This document shows positions 33,729 to 38,248 of a stretch of DNA of 38,248 nt, piece after piece. The stretch's first letter is position 1. The number at the start of each line of letters is the position of its first letter. A program made the position numbers and the translations under genes. The DNA is from Myxococcota bacterium (GTDB lineage Bacteria > Myxococcota_A > UBA796 > GCA-2862545), in assembly GCA_039208735.1 (NCBI GenBank), contig JBCCQY010000081.1:1-38248 (forward strand), in the 5' to 3' direction. The notes beneath the pieces were generated by a model. That model saw only the letters and a list, made by a program, of their open reading frames with translations, ran no database searches and was not told the origin of the DNA.

Positions 33729-35249
33729 TCAGCGTCCGAGTTGGGCTCGCCTCCGTTCCGCGCAGGCGGAACCGCACGCGTGTTGACGTTGAATGGCCGT
33801 GGCAAGGGCTTCGCCCAAGGCTTCTTGAGCCATGGGCCGCTGGCGACCGGGCAACATGCCTCGACGAAAGCCCGATTCTTTCACCCACGGATCAAGCAGA
33901 TGAGGATTCGAAGCGATCACGTGGACGAGGGGCATGGCCTTGGGGTCATCGCGTTCCGCAGGCGCAGGCTCGCCAATCCACAGCCACACCACCTGGTGCT
34001 CCGGGCCATTGGCGATGATCGACACCAGGGAGTCGAACTCGTCTTGAAGGCCTTTCACCGCATCTTCGGGCAGCTGGTGGCCCGCACGAATCCAGATGAG
34101 GGACGGAGAGCGGAGGGGGGTCAGGCTGCGTTGGGAGGCCTCATAGCGGTCACCCACCGTGGCGGGCAGTTTGGGAGGCGTGAACACGTTGCGAAACCCC
34201 AGCGGTCGAAGCGAGGGCTGTGCATTGGCGGCTTCCAGTACGGCACTGCTGTAGCCATGGCGATCGAAGAATCGGGGCAACGCATCCAACTCGTGATCCC
34301 ACAACAGCACGTGGGCCAAGTTGGGAGGCCTTGGAATGCGCAGCCCCGTCAGGATGGCCATTTCAGAGAGTCCGCGGGGACCGATGCCCGCAGGGGTAGT
34401 GCGTCCGGTGGCCACCGACCAGCCCGCCGAGGCAAGCCGACGCTGCAACGACCGAAGCATGGCGCCCATGCGCTTGCCATCGGGTTCCTGCCACCGATTC
34501 GATGTGTGGCCGCGCACCATCGCGATGCGGATTTCGGGGGGATGCGACAGCACCTGGTCTCGCGGGCCAAACCGGGCCTCGGGGTCGATGGCTTCGGTCA
34601 TGGTGGTCCATTCTTGGTAGCTGGCCACCAGGTTGTCGCGCAGCGGTGGCAGGACCGGCCGGGACTTGGGGAACCAAACGAACAAGCCTGCAGCAACCAC
34701 GGCAAGCAAGCCCATGCTGCGCCAGGGGCCTTGCCACCGGACCTCATGCAACCAGCGAGCCGCGATCGCCATGCCACTTGCGTAGAACACTGCGGTTGCG
34801 AAGAGCGTGATGCCGATGAGGGCCGGTGTTGCCATCGATCCGTACGCCGCTTCGGCCTCACCCAGGCTCGTTCGAGCGAGCATCAGCGCGTCGTAGAGCA
34901 GCAGATCTTCACCGGTGGTGGCCCGCCCGATGGCCCGAATGCCCTCGAACATCACCAGCACTGCGCCGGCGAGGCCGACGAGGGCCGCAATTCCCGTTTG
35001 CAGAGTGTGTCCGCTCTTCCAGAAGCTCAGGATCCAGATGAACGCCATGCCCACGGCCAGATCCGGCGCAATGGCGAGGGATCCGCTGGGATCGACAAGC
35101 AATCGAGGTCCGAGCGGCGCAGCCAGCGACACCAGGGTCAGGCCCACGAGCCAGACGATCGGACGCTTCCGAATGATCGTCTTGGTTTTGACCTCGACTT
35201 CTTCTTCGACCTCCGGCGCGGCGGCGTCGTCTTCCTCATCGAGAAACAC
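33729..35249 (-). CDS. Multi-TM membrane protein with soluble C-terminal domain, possibly a degenerate sulfatase/LtaS-like fold
   Basis: Acidic N-terminus, about five hydrophobic segments, then SEMAILTGL and LPRFFDRHGYSS reminiscent of the alkaline-phosphatase superfamily; metal ligands not evident. Confidence 0.55.
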   Translation of the reverse strand: MFLDEEDDAAAPEVEEEVEVKTKTIIRKRPIVWLVGLTLVSLAAPLGPRLLVDPSGSLAIAPDLAVGMAFIWILSFWKSGHTLQTGIAALVGLAGAVLVMFEGIRAIGRATTGEDLLLYDALMLARTSLGEAEAAYGSMATPALIGITLFATAVFYASGMAIAARWLHEVRWQGPWRSMGLLAVVAAGLFVWFPKSRPVLPPLRDNLVASYQEWTTMTEAIDPEARFGPRDQVLSHPPEIRIAMVRGHTSNRWQEPDGKRMGAMLRSLQRRLASAGWSVATGRTTPAGIGPRGLSEMAILTGLRIPRPPNLAHVLLWDHELDALPRFFDRHGYSSAVLEAANAQPSLRPLGFRNVFTPPKLPATVGDRYEASQRSLTPLRSPSLIWIRAGHQLPEDAVKGLQDEFDSLVSIIANGPEHQVVWLWIGEPAPAERDDPKAMPLVHVIASNPHLLDPWVKESGFRRGMLPGRQRPMAQEALGEALATAIQRQHACGSACAERRRAQLGR

Positions 35250-35547
35250 GGCAGCCCTCCATCACAAGGAGCGGTCTGCAGGCCCGCCTGTCGTCGGCGA
35301 CCCAAGGAAAGGGTTCAGACAAGAGACCTCCAACGCTGCAGATAGGCGTCCAGTTGCGCCTTGCGGTACTCCCGCTGGGTCTGCGTTTGTTTTGAGCCAG
35401 CCGACAAGGGGCACGGAACGCGTGCGGGTGGCCACGATTTCGTGAAGCGCCTCCACGAGGCGTTGCTCTGAGAACTCCGAGCTGGCCACCCTGCCTCCGA
35501 CCGTCCTGTCGGATCGAAGGCCCTGGACCTTTCGAAGGAGCTTCGAA

Positions 35548-38248
35548 CTACTCGCGTGCGGCGGAAGCGGGCGCACGACCCAGGACTTCACGCGTCCAAC
35601 CGCCGTCCTGGTACGACAACAACACGGTGGGCCAGAAGTTTTCCTCGGGCTGCAGGGTCAACACCTGCTCCTCGCCGGAGAGCTGGGCAAGCCGGAGGCG
35701 CACCGGTTCGCCAGGGGGCAGCGCGGCAAGCACTTCCACCAGCGTGTCGAGATCGGGCGTGTCGATGCCGTTGATGTCGAGAATCGATCGCTGCGGATAC
35801 ACCTTGGCCCGACCGGCCGGGCTGCCGCCGTTCCACCATGCGATGTAGGGCCTTTCGGGATCGGCCCCGGCAAAGCGGGCGGCCCGATGGGGGTCATGGA
35901 TTCGGAGGCCGGCCCACAGCAGCACCTCCGTGATGTCGAGGGGTTCGAGCAGATCGCTTGCCACAGCAATCGATTCCGAACGCCCCTCCCGGATCACTTC
36001 GATACTCGCCGTCGACCGGTTGCCCACCGCGCGTTCGATGTCCTCAAACCGGGTCACCGGCTTTCCGTTGACCGCGACCACGAGGTCGCCAGGTTCGAAC
36101 TCGTTGGCTGCCTGGGTGCCTCGCATGGTTCGACGCACCATCAAGACCTGTCGACGCTCCGGATCGTGCCGGGTGAGCTGGCGTGCGGTTCCGCCCGGGA
36201 GGCCCTGCTGCAGGGCCGTGGGCAGGTCGATGGGAACGAGTTCCCAACCGATGTCGGTACCCGGTCGGCCCTTGGCGAGGTCGATGGCTTCCTGCACCAG
36301 GGTGGCCGGCATGGTCCGCCAGATTTCGTTGGCTTCTCGACCCGAGTTGAACGAAAACGAGGCTTGGAATGCAACGACGCGGCCCTTACGGTCCACGATG
36401 ACCCCGTTGTGGCTCGGTCGTGGGTCGGTCACCCAGGTGTCGAGGTGGGTCTGTCGAAACCGGGGGGCGCCCGCAGCGCCCAAGACCAGCGCGTCCGTGT
36501 CGCGGAATTCCGTGGTTCGAACGTCGATCGCGCCCTGGTCTTCGAGTTCCACCATCCAAAGCTTGTCGCCTGGTTTTGCGGGGGTGGTTGCGAACTCCGC
36601 GGCCTTCAGACCAAAGCGCTTGAGAATGGCGGGATCGATGCGTAACACCGCCAGATTGTGTCGCGGGTGAAGTGCGACGAGCGAGGCGGGGACGCGCACC
36701 GTGCCAAACAAGATGGCCGACAACTCCGCGACCGCGATGGGCACCGTGTTGCGATCGACGATCACGAGCCCTTCTTCGTCATCGACGACCAATCCGCCGC
36801 CTACGAAGTTGTCGCCCGGCAGCCCGGCCACCTGGTAAGGGACGTCACATTCGATTCCAATCAGCGAAGATTGCAACCGCTTGCCTCGCTTATCGCTGAC
36901 CGGCGGCCGTTCGAGGTCCGTGGCTTCGGGTCCGAACGTCGAGCCGGGTGCTTGGGCTTGGGTCTCAAGATTGGTGCACGGCCATTCGCCTGTTGCGTCG
37001 TTGCGGATGCAGTGACGGGCTTCAAACCATTGGCGATCGAGCCGGACCGCCGAAACGCGACGTTCTTGAGGTCGACCTTGGGGGTACCACTTGAACCGGA
37101 CGGACTCGCCGTGGGCCACGTCCGCAAGGACCTTGGTAAACGCTCCGAGATCGGGCAAGGTGACCCCGTTCGCCGACACGAGAATGGCCCGACGCGGGAT
37201 GCCGTCTCGTTCGAACGAAAAGCCATTGTCGGCCACGAACACGCCTTCGACAGGCGTCTGAACGAGGCGCGCTTGGTGGTACGAGAGGTTGTGAAGGACC
37301 GCCCCGCCAATGGTGACGTAGGCATTGGGCACGATCTGGTGGAGGTCGCCTACGGTCGGTGACACGGTGATCGCCTTGCCCCTTCGGTTTACGGTCACCG
37401 TGACGGCGTCGCCGACCTTGTCATCGAGCAGGGCTTCGAGGGTGACGAAGTCGTGAATGGGCGTGTCGTCGACCGAGATGAGGATGTCGCCGACCTCGAG
37501 GAGGTCCGATGCGGGGCCCTTCGCCAACACATCGCGCAGCACGAGGAGCCCGAGGCCATTGGGGCGCTGACGACGCGCCACGGCTTCGACCTCTTCGGGC
37601 AGGCCAAGCCGCCGAAGCTCGTCGTAGCCAACGTAGTTCCACGTCGTCTGGAGTGTCCCTCGCGACACGGGCTGACCCTTGCGAATCAACTCAACCGCCC
37701 GCTTGACCCGAGGCAGCGGCAGGAAGAACGAGCTTGCGCGGGCGCCACTTGCGGCCCCAGCGTTCAGCCCCACAACGTCGCCCCGGATGTCGACGACCGG
37801 ACTGCCGGAAGAACCACCCGAAATGCCTGCTGCGGCCTGCAGGTAGAACGTGTTGAAGTCGTTGTAGCTCGGGCCGTAATTCGGGGCGTCCCGGTCGAGC
37901 CGCGCGATGGTTCCATCGAGGATCGAGAGCTGCTCCCCCGAGTCGTTGCCGATCACCCGAATGGCGAGGCCCTCTTTCGCCTTGTCCGGTCGTAGGTCGA
38001 GCGAGGCGGGACGATGGAACTTGACCTGGTCGGGGTCGTACCGGAACAGCCCGAAATCATGCACCGGATCCCGGTACACCGGTACCAGATCGACCTCTTC
38101 GCGATTTCGGAAGCTTCCGCGTGCCACGACCGGCGCCGCGGTGACCACGTGCCGGTTGGTCAGCACCAAGCCCTGTTCAGCGTCGACAACAAACCCGGTC
38201 GCTTCGCTGTTGCTCCGGTTCTTGCCCTCGAACGAACGTGGGCGATCC
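35548..38248 (-). CDS. Nma111/DEG7-like HtrA serine protease with duplicated protease-PDZ architecture (5' partial)
   Basis: Frame stays open to the window edge (…SEATGFVVDAEQGLVLTNRHVV). YRDPVHDFG, DFNTFYLQAA, GGSSGSPV triad motifs; second protease-like domain GLVVDDEEGLVIVDRNTVP lacks the catalytic His; PDZ repeats. Confidence 0.9.
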   Translation of the reverse strand, partial: DRPRSFEGKNRSNSEATGFVVDAEQGLVLTNRHVVTAAPVVARGSFRNREEVDLVPVYRDPVHDFGLFRYDPDQVKFHRPASLDLRPDKAKEGLAIRVIGNDSGEQLSILDGTIARLDRDAPNYGPSYNDFNTFYLQAAAGISGGSSGSPVVDIRGDVVGLNAGAASGARASSFFLPLPRVKRAVELIRKGQPVSRGTLQTTWNYVGYDELRRLGLPEEVEAVARRQRPNGLGLLVLRDVLAKGPASDLLEVGDILISVDDTPIHDFVTLEALLDDKVGDAVTVTVNRRGKAITVSPTVGDLHQIVPNAYVTIGGAVLHNLSYHQARLVQTPVEGVFVADNGFSFERDGIPRRAILVSANGVTLPDLGAFTKVLADVAHGESVRFKWYPQGRPQERRVSAVRLDRQWFEARHCIRNDATGEWPCTNLETQAQAPGSTFGPEATDLERPPVSDKRGKRLQSSLIGIECDVPYQVAGLPGDNFVGGGLVVDDEEGLVIVDRNTVPIAVAELSAILFGTVRVPASLVALHPRHNLAVLRIDPAILKRFGLKAAEFATTPAKPGDKLWMVELEDQGAIDVRTTEFRDTDALVLGAAGAPRFRQTHLDTWVTDPRPSHNGVIVDRKGRVVAFQASFSFNSGREANEIWRTMPATLVQEAIDLAKGRPGTDIGWELVPIDLPTALQQGLPGGTARQLTRHDPERRQVLMVRRTMRGTQAANEFEPGDLVVAVNGKPVTRFEDIERAVGNRSTASIEVIREGRSESIAVASDLLEPLDITEVLLWAGLRIHDPHRAARFAGADPERPYIAWWNGGSPAGRAKVYPQRSILDINGIDTPDLDTLVEVLAALPPGEPVRLRLAQLSGEEQVLTLQPEENFWPTVLLSYQDGGWTREVLGRAPASAARE

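Noticed and set aside
35426..35491. Cloverleaf-like element as a tRNA
   Set aside because: Arm lengths and loops do not fit; no TTCRA T-loop, D-loop GG or 7-nt anticodon loop.
1..38248. CRISPR array, rRNA, transposase, integrase or prophage genes
   Set aside because: No regularly spaced repeats or matching protein motifs seen.

Overview
High-GC bacterial DNA (judged by eye, not computed). Lineage markers point to Myxococcota or a related deltaproteobacterium: a MYXO-CTERM-type tail, two membrane Hanks-type Ser/Thr kinases, TPR proteins, Cys-rich lipoproteins and a DUF1501 locus. The core (about 4.8-27.6 kb) is a flagellar cluster: flgI, a Rod-binding/M23 flgJ-like fusion, flgM, flgN-like, flgK, flgL, a minimal flagellin, fliD, fliS, fliT-like, then flgB, flgC, fliE, fliF, fliG, fliH, fliI. 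Interleaved are a Ser/Thr kinase, a coupled four-gene operon (MYXO-CTERM peptide, degenerate PilZ-like protein, outer-membrane beta-barrel, secreted TPR protein), a HAMP/tandem-PilZ membrane protein and an EAL-HDOD protein. Reading the intergenic DNA gives nine copies of a sigma28/FliA-like motif (CTCAA/CTAAA/CTTCA-N15/16-N(C/T)CGA). They precede late genes, the early genes flgI and flgB, and three non-canonical units, which ties those units to a flagellar regulon. Flanks hold a TPR/kinase pair, an orphan propeller-like protein, a MarR/NTF2-like pair with shared operators, a YghU-type GST, a cytochrome c/DUF1501/TlpA locus and a partial Nma111/DEG7-like protease. All family calls come from motif recognition; no database search was run.
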